A stretch of DNA of 64,000 bases from the NCBI GenBank assembly GCA_038143065.1, contig JAYQLI010000012.1, positions 1 to 64,000 on the forward strand. The letters are read 5' to 3'. Shown piece by piece: positions 10,954 to 23,317 of this stretch. This DNA is from Rhodospirillales bacterium. GTDB lineage: Bacteria > Pseudomonadota > Alphaproteobacteria > Bin95. The position numbers were made by a program, and so were the translations under genes. Under the pieces are notes generated by a model that saw only the letters and a list, made by a program, of their open reading frames with translations, was not told the DNA's origin and made no database searches. Every line of letters begins with the position of its first letter. The first letter of the stretch is position 1.

Positions 10954-12129
10954 CGTCTAGCCCCCTATACTCGCCCGTTGATTTTTGGTTTCTCGTAAGG
11001 TTTCTGGGACGTAAGGGCGCATGTTTAATGGCATGGTGAGGTCTGATCTGGTTGTATTGCCTGAGCCAGGCATTGATTGCGACCCGGAGCTTGTTTGATG
11101 GTGGAACCATTCGCGTTGAGGACTTCTTTTCGCAAGGTGCCGTTAAAGCGCTCGTTATACCCATTTTCCCAAGGGCTGCCTGGATAGATTTGCATTGGTT
11201 TGATCCCAACCTTCTTCAGCCATCCTGTAGATGCATGGCAATGAACTCTGGTCCGTTGTCAGAGCGAATAAATTCTGGCTTACCATGTTTAATCAGCAGT
11301 GGGTGCAATGCGTTCAAAACATCGTTGCATTCATTTTGGACCGCACTGCCACGCAGAGCGCCTCACGGGTATATTCATCATCTAGAACCGTGAGCATTTT
11401 AGCTAGCTGTGCCCATTGCTAGCTTTATCGCACAAAAGCTCGATCGCCCAAATATGATTGGGTGTAAAGGCCGCAACCTGATGATGGAGCTGTCTTTGAT
11501 AAAGCCATTACGCTTCTTGTGCCGACGCGGCAGCTGCAAACCTTCGTTCCATAAGCGCTCGATCCTCTTGGTTACACGCCAGCTCATCGCAGCAGGCTGT
11601 GACTTTCCTATAACCATACCACCCATATTGCTTGGCCAGCCGGATCATCGCCAAGCGAAGTTCGGTATCATCTGTGGGTTTGGCTTGATAGCGCAGAGTT
11701 GAGCGGCTACATCCAGAACAGCGCAAGCACGCCGCCTGGAAATATCCAGCTTTTGACGCGTATGAATAACAGCCTGACGAAGCTGAGCCCGCGTCAGGCC
11801 CGCGGCTTTAAATGATCAAGGCTCTCCTTCAGGATCAATTTGTCTAACTGCAAGTCGACGATCTTCTTCAAGCGCTCGTTTTCTTTCTTGAGCGATTTCA
11901 TCTCAGAAACCACGAACGAGAAAGGCCTCCAAACTTCTACGCCGTAATAATAACTCTTTATCTGAAATCCCAGCTTGCGACACGCACTCACAACGTCCAA
12001 ACCATCGTGCAAATGAACATCAATTCGCGTAATAACTTCAACACATCTTCATCAGAATAACGCTTTCGAACCATGTTTCCTTACTCCCTTTGCCAATATA
12101 TAACAGCACAGTTCTAGGGGGCTAAGACA
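10954..12129 (-). mobile_element. IS3-family insertion sequence, copy 1 (indel-rich)
   Basis: Reverse-complement homolog of 16808-18004 with both terminal IRs; orfA ends LKESLDHLKPRA. Confidence 0.9.
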
Positions 12130-12728
12130 AGGCTTTAGCCGAAGCAAAAGTAAAGCGCATAACGGGGGGTGATGATTGCAGGTCGTGCCCTGTACAGTTT
12201 ATATGGCTCCCTGAATATTGTTGGTAAAATCATAATTACCACGAATAACTTGCCAAAGATAAATGGTAGGGATCATGGAATTTACGAAGGTTGCAAATTG
12301 TCCCTTCAAAGACGCTTCGAGGCTTCATGAGCAGGACAAAACTTTTGCAGATAAACTCGAGGCAGAGCTTTCGGGCATCCTAAACTGGGCTGCCAGGAGT
12401 TGCCTCGAGTGGTAGGAGCAGGGGCTCAACCCTCCACAGATCGTCAAGGATCCAACTCGATCACTACCCAGCAGGATATGGATACCGCGGGCAAGTTCTG
12501 TTGATGCTCAGCTGGTGCTTGATCCTGCGTCTAAAATCCAATCATCGGAGTTGTATCAAGAATACCGATCATGGTGTCAGCGGCATGGGCTACAGCCAGC
12601 GGGACGACAAGCAATTTAAGGCATCCATGCTGAGGGTCGAGGGGATTGCAGATGGCAGAATCAAAGCTGGACGGCACTTTGCTGGGGTTAGGTATCGTTG
12701 GGACGAAAAGGATGTGATCGGAGGGTAA
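12130..12728 (+). pseudogene. P4-family primase/D5-like helicase C-terminal remnant truncated by IS3
   Basis: LAEAKVKRITGGD...KIIITTNNLPKINGRDHGI..RLQIVPF...ELSGILNWA across frames. Confidence 0.8.
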
Positions 12729-12752
12729 CGATAAGGACGTGCTCTTCTAAAG

Positions 12753-12837
12753 GGTGTCACCGGTGTCAGGTGGAAACAAGTTTTTATAATGTTTTTCTTT
12801 CAGAAAACTTTTGGTTTTACCTGGCACACCTGACACC
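12753..12837. repeat. Ori-like inverted repeats around an AT-rich spacer (copy 1)
   Basis: GGTGTCAGGT (12762-12771) and ACCTGACACC (12828-12837) are a perfect IR, with extra half-sites. Near-identical copy at 61582-61664. Confidence 0.75.
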
Positions 12838-12888
12838 AAGGTCGTTAATAGAGCCTTAGGTCTCGAGCTTCGAAAGAACTTTTCTCCT

Positions 12889-14990
12889 TCATAAGCGTCT
12901 TTTGTAGATGTTCAAAACATATTTTTTGACAGGTGTAAATTTTTTAAGGTTCCCAGAAATTTGTGGGCAATATGCCGTTTTCGAATCTATTGCCTGGATA
13001 ACCTCGACACTCTGCTCTCGTACCAGGATTGATGTTTTCTCTGATATACGACCCGTAGTTGCTAGTAAGAGTTTAGCATTGCCACCATGAATTTTCTCCC
13101 ACGCCAATTAGCTCTCCTAATAGCGGACGGTTGGACTAGATCTGAATACGTCTTTGCATTGTGCAATCCAGGTTTGAACTTCTGAGTCCAACTTCAATGG
13201 TTGCGATTACGTCGATGCCATCATCGCCACTTTTTTCCAACATGTTCTTCAAAAGCCTGCACGTGCAAAACCACGCTGCCACATCGGCTTCAAACTTAAA
13301 CCATAAATTCCTTTTCCTTTTGATCGTTCGCAGTTTGGTTGAAAGTATAGAGCTAGCAGATCTGTCTAAATACGGCCCGCAGGGCTTTATCGCCACGTTC
13401 ATGGCGGTTTTACAAATGTTTGATTGATCTTTAGATCAATGCCGTATCGCTCGGCGAGGAGAGACGCTTTGTTAGAAACAGCTCCTTTATGTGTCTTGCG
13501 TGACCTCTGGACAAAATGCGATCTTTCGCTTGTCCAATTGAAGTTCAGAATATAGTTTTTTTGAACTTAATTTGTTGATGTATTGTGCTCGGGGTAAGTA
13601 GATCACCCTATCTCTACGCCCTTTAGTTTTGCGACCTCTAGTAATCTCTTTTTCTAATTGTTTCAAAGACTTTTCTCTTTGTTCTAAGACCCAAAAATCC
13701 CTAATTATGCTTACAATTACTAAAAGCAAGGTGAGCTTCAATTTTTTGATGTCTTGGCCGTGTTCAAAATTTATGGCAGGTGAAAACCAGACTCGTGATC
13801 TTCTGGTTTGACAAACCCACAAAGCACGTAAAGATGTCCGATAAACCAATTTAAAAAAATACTTTGCCTGAAATTTCGTTAAAAAATACCTTCAAATTCT
13901 CCGACCTGTAAATCACAGTAGGCATCTGGTGGAATAGTCCAATATTTATTAGAAACGCATTCATCAAATAAATCGATAACCGACCGCTCAAGCTCGTTTA
14001 TCGATACCTCCGATTCTATATTTTTGAAACAACCCTGTGGATCTGTATCCCAAGACCCTGAAGTTACAAAAGACCGCTCTTGCGAAATTAGAATTTCATT
14101 ATCAAGTGACCAGCCATGCAGATCACTCAATGGAAGATCTTGAAAAGCCTTCCCATAAATGTTTCAGTTCTGCATGAGTAAAATTCTTAGGTTCTAGCGT
14201 CATATACCTGATGGATCGGCTTTGCACTACAAATGAACGGAACTTGGGAAGCTTGAGTGCAAAATCTGAGAAGGGTCCAATTCATTTAGAAAACGAAAAA
14301 TTTGTTCAGGTATTCCTGTAAAATCCTCCCGCTGAACTTTGATTGTATCCTGTACTAATTCTAAAATTTTAGTTATAAATTTTGTTCTGTTTCAATTTCA
14401 AATAACTCTTTAAATACGTCGTCCTCATCGGAGGTGGAAGAGTAGTCTCTTAGTCCATCCGGATCGTCTAGAAGAGACAAGCCACTTTCATAAACCTTTT
14501 GAGAAAATCATTAAATTTAACGCTTGAATGTTGTTTGCAATATTCCAAAAATCGTAAAGTTTTTCTGTGTGAGGATTAAATGCTTCACCTTCCTCCTCAA
14601 CTTCGTACTCGACAGAGCCTATAAAAGAACTCTCTAAAATGCTGCATGCAAAGAATTCTAATAAAAGTCTGTCTTTGCTAGGCTTTTCAAACTTTAGATT
14701 TCGCTTAGCACCTAAGCATATGTTCCATATGGCAGCTTTTTAGCTCTAATGTTCTTCACTTATTGTAAAACGTCCATCGAGAGCATCCGCTATTAGTTCG
14801 CCGATTTCTGGTTTTGAGATAAGAATCTGCCTGTAAAAAAGTCCGTCTGTAAAATTTAATTGTATTTGCTTGGCAGTCTTCCAGGTAGTAAAATTCTCCA
14901 TTATCATTGAATAGAATAAAGCTCCAAACCTTGTTGCAGAAGGAATTATAACTGATTTTTTGGCCAGGATCTAAAATATCTTCTAAAACA
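12889..14990 (-). CDS. Large AT-rich protein with a C-terminal Mrr-like restriction endonuclease domain (frameshifted; start approximate)
   Basis: Reconstructed WFKFEADVAAWF..GF...SGDDGIDVIAT...WIAQCK...PSAIRELIG...LLLATTG, preceded by HFVRGHAR...YG...TFVKPHERG. Confidence 0.65.
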
Positions 14991-15702
14991 AATGTTTCCT
15001 ATTTGGTTTAATGTCAATAACTCAAGGTCTGTATAATCAACAAAATTATCTCGGGTATTTGCCTTTCGTATCGAGAGGTTATTGACGTTGATATTCCTAA
15101 ACTCAGAAGACTTCTCGCATACAAGAATAAAAAACAGGTATCTTGTTACTCACGTAGCTGAGCTCATAATTGCTCAACTTGCGGCTAAGTACATGATCAC
15201 CATTTTTAGGGAGTTTTCATCACTCCGCTGTCATCAACAACATGAAGCGGGCCAATACCGTACAAATACTCTGGTTGACGAAAATTTGATGCGCCCTAAT
15301 TGGGATCGAACCCTTGGCTTCTAAAAGGTTGGTCGGTTTTTGGTGGGCGATGTTCTAAAATAGCACGTAGGTTTTCAAATACCAACTCAGGCTCCGATGC
15401 GATGTCTTTTTGATTTTTCAAAATTCGTAAATTAAAAAGTTCGTAGAATTATTTTATAGCTTTTAAATCTTAATTTGAAACAAAAAATTTTGAAATTTTG
15501 TAGTTTTTATAAATTCACAGGACCTTAAACTTTAAGCTTCGCATAACTTGTAGTTTTGGCATATCCGATATTTAGGGCGGCGTTTATGGATGACTCAAAC
15601 TCTCATCTTATCACTAAGTTCAAAATTCCCGGAGGGCATTTTGAAAAAGGCGTAGCAATCATAACTCCACTGAGTTTCTGAATGTATTATTTGACCTTAT
15701 AA

Positions 15703-15955
15703 AAACTGGTTAACACATCACAGCTCACCTCACTGTCAAAGCCTAAGTATATACAACGGGCACAGGGGGTGTGGCCCATGCGTACCCACTCATCTGGTAC
15801 CGACTTATTGTATCGAAACAGGCAGCTTACCTTGAAATGAGTTCACGAATTAGTCTACGCCATCGAGTGAACCTATGTCGTCCCACCCCTTGGACACATC
15901 TTGTCGCCATTTTGGTCCACATTGGCACATTAAGGAATAGGTCGTGTGTTGACAG
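15703..15955 (+). repeat. Conserved ~250-bp non-coding module, copy 1
   Basis: Aligns along its length with 62871-63122; the first ~80 bp also align with 61429-61509. Confidence 0.85.
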
Positions 15956-16026
15956 GCTGTGTGTACCGTGTGATTTTATACGCAGAATTGACGTAAGTGT
16001 CTGATAATGAAAACGAAGCGATTTAG

Positions 16027-16083
16027 AGCTTCAGGTGCTAGTGTCTGTATGGACGTGGAGGTTCGAGTCCTCTCCTGGCACCA
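16027..16083 (+). repeat. att site: 57-bp duplicate of the tRNA-Leu 3' half
   Basis: AGCTTCAGGTGCTAGTGTCTGTATGGACGTGGAGGTTCGAGTCCTCTCCTGGCACCA with no 5' half. TGTGTAC arm-like repeats at ~15960, 16139 and 16162. Confidence 0.92.
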
Positions 16084-16353
16084 TTATTTAAAATAAATCA
16101 ATGAATTACAGATATTTATTTAACTCTTTGTTGCGACTTGTGTACCAATTTTTGGTATATTTGTGTACTAGTTATTTGGCCTACTTAAATTACCAAGTCT
16201 TCTAATTCATTTCTTGACACACAATTAGTTGGTATTGCTCCAAGGTTGCGAAGTTAATCATTGGGGTTGAAGAGATATCAGTGTTGCGACAACTTGTAGC
16301 TTGTTTGGTTTATTCTCCGCTTTATCTTTACGCCAACAATCAGGAGAACCATC

Positions 16354-16510
16354 ATGAAACTTATCACAACGTCATTTTTTGTTCTTATCCTGTCTACTCC
16401 CTTTGTGGCAGCTGACGGATGCGGAAACCACGGTAAAGACGTGACTATGTCCTGCGCTGTAGGACAAATTTGGAATCGAGACGCAGCGGTGCATGGACAC
16501 AAACGCCTAA
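16354..16510 (+). CDS. Small secreted Cys-containing protein (not in ORF track; probably one frameshift)
   Basis: RBS CAGGAG, then MKLITTSFFVLILSTPFVAADGCGNHGKDVTMSCAVGQIWN..TQRCMDTNA*. Confidence 0.55.
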
Positions 16511-16536
16511 GAAATTAAAGCCTAATTGGAGTGCTT

Positions 16537-16755
16537 ATGTTGGTTGCTAAAAAAATTATCGCTGCAAATCTAATCGTTGGTGGCGCTATAGTGGTCGCCG
16601 CTGGAACAGCAGCGATTGCTTATGCAATGTCTGACCCCAATTTCAGAGACAAGATCAAGGACTGCTCTGACAGAATGCGTGATTGCGCAAACAGAATGTG
16701 TAATCGTTCTTCCGATAGTGGTGATCCTGAAATGGCTAACTCAACCTCTAATTAA
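16537..16755 (+). CDS. Small membrane-anchored hypothetical protein
   Basis: GGAG RBS, hydrophobic N-terminal segment, and Cys every 7 residues (DCSDRMRDCANRMC). Confidence 0.55.
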   Translation: MLVAKKIIAANLIVGGAIVVAAGTAAIAYAMSDPNFRDKIKDCSDRMRDCANRMCNRSSDSGDPEMANSTSN

Positions 16756-16807
16756 GTTACACCTACGACGACAAGACGATATGGCCTTAGACATGTATCT
16801 GCCGTGT

Positions 16808-18004
16808 TGTCTTAGCCCTAGAACTGTGCCAGTATATTTTGGCAAAGGGAGTAAGGAAACATGGTTCGAAAGCGTTATTCTGATGAAGATGTGTTGAAGT
16901 TATTACGCGAGATTGATGTTCATTTGCACGATGGTTTGGACGTTTTGAGTGCGTGTCGCAAAGCTGGGATTTCTGATAAGAGTTATTATTACTGGCGTAA
17001 GAAGTTTGGAGGCCTTTCTCGTTCACAGGTTTCTGAGATGAAATTGCTCAAGAAAGAAAACGAGCGCTTGAAGAAGATCGTCGCTGACTTGCAGTTAGAC
17101 AAGGTGATCCTGAAGGAGAGCCTTGATCATCTAAAGCCGCGGGCCTGACGCGGGCTCAGCTTCGTCAGGCTGTTATTCATACGCGTCAAAAGCTGGATAT
17201 TTCTGAGCGGCGTGCTTGCGCTGTTCTGGATGTAGCCCGCTCAAGTCTGCGCTATCAAGCCCAACCCACAGATGACACCAAACTTCGCTTGGCGATGATC
17301 CGGCTGGCCAAGCAATATGGGTGGTATGGCTATAGGAAAGTCACAGCCCTGCTGCGCATGGAAGGCTGGCGTGTTAACCACAAGAGGATCGAGCGCTTAT
17401 GGAACGAAGAAGGTTTACAGCTGCCGCGCCGGCACAAGAAGCGCAAACGGCTTTATCACAAAGACAGTTCCATCATCAGGCTGCGGCCCACACATCCGAA
17501 CCATATTTGGGCGATCGACTTTGTGCACGATAAGCTTAGCAATGGGCGCAGCTATAAAATGTTCACGGTTCTAGATGAATACACCCGTGAAGCGCTCTGC
17601 GTGGCAGTGCGGCCCAAAATGAATGCGATGATGTTTTGGAGACATTGCACCCGCTGTTGATTAAACATGGTAAGCCAGAGTTTATTCGCTCTGACAACGG
17701 ACCCGAGTTTATTGCCACGCATCTACAGGACTGGCTGAAAAGGATTGGGATCAAACCAATGCAAATCTATCCAGGCAGCCCTTGGGAAAATGGATACAAC
17801 GAACGCTTTAACGGCACCTTGCGAAAAGAAGTGCTCAACGCGGAATGGTTCCACACCACACAAACAAGCTCAGGTCGCAATCAATGCTTGGCTCAGGCAA
17901 TACAACCAGATCAGACCTCACCATGCATTAAACATGCGCCCACCCGTCCCAGAAACCCTATTAGAGAAACCAAAAATCAATGGACGAATATAGGGGGCTG
18001 GACA
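16808..18004 (+). mobile_element. IS3-family insertion sequence, copy 2 (orfA 16861-17148, orfB ~17145-17993)
   Basis: TG...CA termini with IRs TGTCTTAGCCCTA / TAGGGGGCTGGACA. HTH orfA; DDE orfB with WAIDF, IRSDNGPEF and PWENGYNERFN. Confidence 0.95.
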
Positions 18005-18281
18005 GTATGGGGTCAATAGGTATTAAAACCTTCTCAGGTACACCCATGTTTCATTGACAAAAGCGGGGCCCCAGAGTATTATTAAAGTTGTTTTTAGGTG
18101 CGCTCTTATACGCCTATAAGTGTAAGATAAAAGATTTACTTCGGCCTTCCTGCGTTGCCAGCTTTCGTCTCAAACCCAATCCCCCAAAAATATAAAAATA
18201 AGAAATAAGTTTGACCTGAACTGAGGTGCTTCGTATCGTTTGGGTTAGTGAAATCGATTTAATTTAAAGAGGGATATTGAA

Positions 18282-18731
18282 ATGAAACATTCAGGTGGCT
18301 GCCATTGTGGGCAGGTGAAGTTTGAAACTGACTTGAACCCAATGCTTTCGATGCAATGTAATTGTTCCTCATGCCGACGTTTAACTGGGTCTGTGAATAT
18401 GGGTATGTATTATCAAGAAGATGAAGTGAATTTTTCGGGAGACCAAGTTTATTATGAGTATGAAGGTGGTAGTGGTGGAAATATGAAGATGGGTTTCTGC
18501 CCCAAATGTTATGTCAGAGTTTCAGCCAGACCAGAAATATTAGAGGGCGTTGTGGGTATGCCACTCGGAACATTTGACAAGGCGAAAGAAGTTGAAGGTT
18601 TGAAGCTGGAAATCTGGACAAGTGAAAAGCTAAAGTTTCTTAAAGACAACGATTGCTTTGAAATGCGGGTTGAAGATAGCGGCCTGATGGAGCGTCTTGC
18701 GACTTTAATCGAGAGTGTTGAAAACAGATAA
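18282..18731 (+). CDS. GFA/CENP-V family zinc protein
   Basis: GGCHCGQV, CNCSSCRR and FCPKC motifs. Confidence 0.9.
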   Translation: MKHSGGCHCGQVKFETDLNPMLSMQCNCSSCRRLTGSVNMGMYYQEDEVNFSGDQVYYEYEGGSGGNMKMGFCPKCYVRVSARPEILEGVVGMPLGTFDKAKEVEGLKLEIWTSEKLKFLKDNDCFEMRVEDSGLMERLATLIESVENR

Positions 18732-19180
18732 CCTATCTTTTGTCAGCATTGAATTGAATGCCATTGGCTCTAACTCTAACAAGTAGCCAACAAACTGGTC
18801 ACCAGTGGGGTACCGTATAGGCCAGATACGAAGTATGTACCCACGATAGATAGATTAACCGAACTGTCCTTTTAGCATATTTAAAAGTTCTTCATGGTTT
18901 TGGTTAGTGACTGTCACGGGTTATCGAGACTTCTACTCCATCTTTATGCTTCTTGTCACGACGTAAACGACCCGATTGCTTGGGTTCCAACACGTTGTTC
19001 GCTTTTGCATACACGCTCGTAACAGCAAGATTGGTTGCCATAGTGTGAGTGTATAAATTCATATTACCACCTCACTTCTAATTTGCTTTGTTCATTAAAA
19101 TACGGTGGAAAGTCCAAATTGTTTAACCAGCCACAAAGTCTACTACATTATGAAGTCTGTCATAGTATTTACTCTTAATG

Positions 19181-19245
19181 CCCACCCGTCCCAGAAACCC
19201 TATTAGAGTAACCAAAAATCAATGGACGAATATAGGGGCTGGACA
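19181..19245 (+). mobile_element. IS3 right-end fragment
   Basis: Matches 17939-18004, including the IR. Confidence 0.85.
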
Positions 19246-19247
19246 GT

Positions 19248-19510
19248 TGATGCCGTGGTAAAGCGCTATGCCAAGCTTAGGAGGCTCACCTGACCTCCAA
19301 AGCAGCGTGTTCCACTCCACCCGCAAGTGGTTCATCACCCAGTGTGAGCGTACAGGCACCCCTGAGCACTTCACTGCCTCCCTTGTGGGGCATCACTCTG
19401 CACGCTCTGCCAATAAGCTTACTTATGGGCTGTACTCAGCTGGCATCAGTGATGCGCAAAAGCGAGATATCATTGATCAGGTAAAGATGCCTCAGGGCGC
19501 AAGGCTATAA
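19248..19510 (+). pseudogene. C-terminal fragment of a tyrosine recombinase
   Basis: VFHSTRKWFIT...LVGH...TYGLYS supplies the H-x-x-R, GH and Y motifs; abuts the IS3 end. Confidence 0.8.
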
Positions 19511-19799
19511 GCCAAACAGTAAAAGCTGACCCCCTCTTATCCCTGACATCGAAACCTTTGAGGAGCGAGTGGCCATTATGGTGCACGCGGGCGGCATTCC
19601 AACCGACCAAGCTAAGGACCTTGCAGCGCAAGCCCAAGGTTTCCGCAGTCAGGCTCATTACTGGGCGTGGCTCAGGGTCTATGTCGACAGGAAACGGTTG
19701 GGGTAGGCCCCCGACCAAAAACCAAGCCAGCTTCCCAGAGCGGGGGGCTGGGTATGCTTTTCCTATTTTTTTGCAAAGAGGGGTTGGGGTAGGTGCAGT

Positions 19800-19953
19800 G
19801 TGGCAGGCACTCACAACATCCCTATCTCCATGAAGATGAACTTCAACCTTGAGCAAAATCTTCAACGCGTCTTCGTCCGAATACGGTTTCAGTGCCATCC
19901 TTGAAACCTCCTGTGACCATTAAGTAATGGCATAGTTTTAGTAGGATAAGACA
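19800..19953 (-). mobile_element. Diverged IS3 left-end fragment
   Basis: TGTCTTATCCTACTA terminus; MALKPYSDEDALKILLKVEVHLH resembles orfA at 16861. Confidence 0.8.
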
Positions 19954-20046
19954 GGAGTTCCTTGAGGCGTGTAATAATTACGGAAGCGATGATATCTTGG
20001 GCATTAAGCGCAAATATATAAGTCAAACGTGCAATGTGATCTAAAA

Positions 20047-21743
20047 TTAACTGATCAACTCGAATTTTGTGACATCGACCATGCCGCGATCCGTGATTTT
20101 CAGAGCGGGTATAACGGGTAGAGCAAGGAAAGCAAGTTGCAGAAAAGGCTCATTGAGGCATACGCCGAGAGACATAGCAGCGGCGCGCAGATTTTTCAGC
20201 TCTGTGCGCACTTGCTCAAAGGGCAAAAGGCTCATCAGGCCAGCGACAGGCAAGGCAAGTTCAGCTATTACCCTACCGCCCTGGGCAACTACAAAAACCG
20301 CCTCCGATCTCTGATAGGCGGTTAGCAGCGATAGCAATATCGCCATAATCCATTCCCACACAAACGATGTTATGATGGTCATGACAAACAGTTGAGGCGA
20401 TAGCACCAGCCTGTAGGCCAAAGCCGCGCACAAAACCTGTGGCAATATTGCCGTTTTTACCATGTCTCTCCACTACTGCTATGCGCGCCAGATCGCGGGT
20501 CGGATCTGGATGTTTGTCACCGTCGCGTATCGGAATCGTCTCGTATAGATGCTCGGTGATAATTTGGCCTTCTATGATACCGATTACATCGGTGTCTTCT
20601 CGGTTGGCCGTGGTGCGGAAATCTTGTGCTCGTACCTTTGGGGCCTTCACCGAGTTACGCGCTACAGGTGCTTGGCTGCCCCGTGCGGCAAATGCGGACT
20701 CGCTGACCTGTATGCCGCCTGCCAGCACTATCTCGACTGTACATGCCTGCACATCAGACAGCGCAACGATATCGGCTCGCTTGCCTGGCGAGATCTGACC
20801 GCGATCTTTAAGACCAAAGGCCTCAGCCCCGGAAAGTGATGCTGCGCGATAGGCGGCAAGTGGCGGGGTACCCAGGCGGATCAGCTCGGCCACCATAAAA
20901 TTTAAATGACCTTCCTCGGCGATATCCAACGGATTTCGATCAGCGGTACACAGGCACATGTAAGGCGCTGTGGTTTGGGTGAGTAGCGGTTGTAGAGCAT
21001 GCAGATCATTACTGACTGATCCTTCGCGGATCAGGATGCGCAACCCCTTTTGTAGTTTTTCTCGCGCTTCTTCTAAAGTTGTCGCTTCGTGCTCGGTTCG
21101 TATGCCAGCACTTGCATATGCATTGAGATCGCGTCCGGACAGTAGCGGGCAATGTCCGTCAATATGGCCAAATTCAAAAAGCCTTAGTTTGGCGATGGCG
21201 GCTGGATCGCAATGGATCACTCCGGGGTAGTTCATGAACTCCGCAAGCCCAATGCCAGAAGGGTGGCCCATCAAAGGTACGAGGTCTGTGGCGTCAATTT
21301 GCGCACCTGCAGTTTCCATATAAGTCGATGGCACACAAGAAGATAGCTGCACTCGGATATCCATAAGTGTGTTCAGGCTGGCTTCCTGGAAGTAGCGGAT
21401 GCCATCGGGGCCGATAACATTGGCAATCTCGTGAGGATCGCAAATTGCGGTGGTAACACCAAGAGGTGTAACGCAGCGGTCAAACTCAAACGGGGTAACA
21501 AGAGACGACCTCAATATGCAGATGCGTGTCGATAAAACCTGGCACCAACGTTTGGCCATCCACATCTATTTGGACCTTGCTCTTATAGTCTGCTCCAATA
21601 CCGACAATGGTGTCTTCACAGATTGCTACATCACCTTCAATCATTGTGTCGGTTACCAGATCCCAGACAATACCACCCCGCAAAACTAAGTCAGCAGGCT
21701 CATCCCCGCGTCCCTGCGCAATTCGAGTCTCCAAATCACTCAT
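20047..21743 (-). CDS. ade: Adenine deaminase family amidohydrolase (two frameshifts)
   Basis: [42 protein letters not shown] and LPVAGLMS motifs. Confidence 0.9.
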
Positions 21744-21747
21744 TTAC

Positions 21748-23317
21748 TTACTCCGCTGTTGCCATACCAAGCCTTCGCAAAACCCGTCGTTCCACAATCA
21801 CCACCGCCTGATAAAATAAAACGGATAATAGGACCGATACGGCAGCAACAGTCCAGATCATGCCATAGTCAAGAAAACCGCGCGACTGATTCAAAAGATT
21901 GCCAAGCCCTTTCCCAGTTGCCAGCCATTCAGCGATCATTACGCCCAGCAGAGCACGTGGGACGGTAAGACGTGTGGCTGCAAAAAGATACGGTAGCGAG
22001 GCAGGTATTGTTACCATCCGCATCTCAGTCCAGCGACTGGCTCCATAGGCTCGCGGCAAGTCTTCGGCGCTGCGCGGAACCAATGCCAGACCCTGTGCAA
22101 GTGTGACAAAGGCCGGAAAAAAAGTAACCGATATTGTCACCCAAAGTGTCAGAGATGTCCCGCGTCCTAGGATCAGAACCAGCAGCGGCGTTAGTGCCAC
22201 CAACGGCATAGTTTGCGTGACAAGCGCTAAGGGCATGAAAGCCTCAACAGCACGGGGCATCAACCGCGACGAGATAGCTAAAATGAAGGCAAAGCCCAAC
22301 CCTGCAGCCATACCCACCAGAGTAATTGGCAGGGTTTCTAACAAAGCGGCCAAAAGGCGAACCTGGGCGCTTTTGGCTGTGGTTGCAAAACAGATAGTCC
22401 ACAACACCCCATGGTGTTTTGGAGATCAGCCCAGGAACTCCGGTAAGTTTTATAAAGCCCCACCAGACAAAAAACGGAAGCGCAACAGTGATTAGTGTCA
22501 AAATTGTCCGTTTGACTGGGGTACTATTCATAGGCGTGGCGTTTGGCACCGCGGTGTTCAAAGTTACCGCGCGTGTCGCGCCAATGGTTCGGCGAGCGAG
22601 TAGAGCAAAGAAACCATAGGACAAACCTGCGATCAGAGTCGCGACAAGGCCTATGCCCCATAGTCTGTCTGGTTCTCCTCGCCCCAGTGAACCCAACAGA
22701 TAAGCCCCTAATCCCCAGCGCCCACCTCCGCCAAACTCAGCCAAGATTGCGCCAAGCACCGCGTTAGGAGCGGCGACTCGAAGGCCAGCAAGTATGGACG
22801 GCAACGCACCTCTAAACTGTACCCGCCGTAGTATATCCCAGCGATTACCGCCATAGGCACGGATTACATCTACAGCTCGGCTATCAGTCTGACTTAGTCC
22901 AATCACAGTGGCGGTCATAGTTACGAAGTAGACACCAAGTGCGGCAAGTGCGATACGCGGCGCCATGCCAGACAGTGTCAGAGCGAGAATGGGCGCGATA
23001 GCGATTGGTGGCAATGCAAAAGCAGCGATGTTCACACCGCGAAACAGGCGTAGCGCCGTTGGAGATAAGGCAAAAATCACCCCAGCGCCGATGCCAAGTA
23101 CATTGCCTATTAAAAATCCAATAGCTGACGAATAGAGGGTCGCCCAGATATGACGTGGATAGTCACCCCAATCGAACCAGAGCCGTATCAGGATTTCTGA
23201 AAGACCGGGCAAAGCGCCGTCCGCCACGAGGTCAAGCCGCCCTGCTATTTCCCAGATCATCAATAAGATCGCTGCTGCGCTCGTCCCACGCGATCGTCCA
23301 GACGCCTCAGCCGTCAT
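21748..23317 (-). CDS. ABC permease, SsuC/ThiX type, two fused membrane domains (one frameshift)
   Basis: ORFs 22244-23401 and 21748-22407 each carry a RAYG(G/A)..W...R....P..LP EAA-like loop. Confidence 0.85.

Larger units (their letters stand above)
7988..16083. mobile_element. Island A at tRNA-Leu (integrase remnant, adenylate cyclase, IS3, primase remnant, Mrr-domain gene)
   Basis: Bounded by tRNA-Leu and a 57-bp duplicate of its 3' half. Confidence 0.8.

Noticed and set aside
16027-16083. A second tRNA-Leu gene
   Set aside because: It lacks the acceptor 5' strand and D-arm, so it is an att duplication.
19510-19800. G-run-rich stretch after the integrase remnant, resembling phage packaging regions
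   Set aside because: Single copy with only compositional resemblance; not enough evidence.
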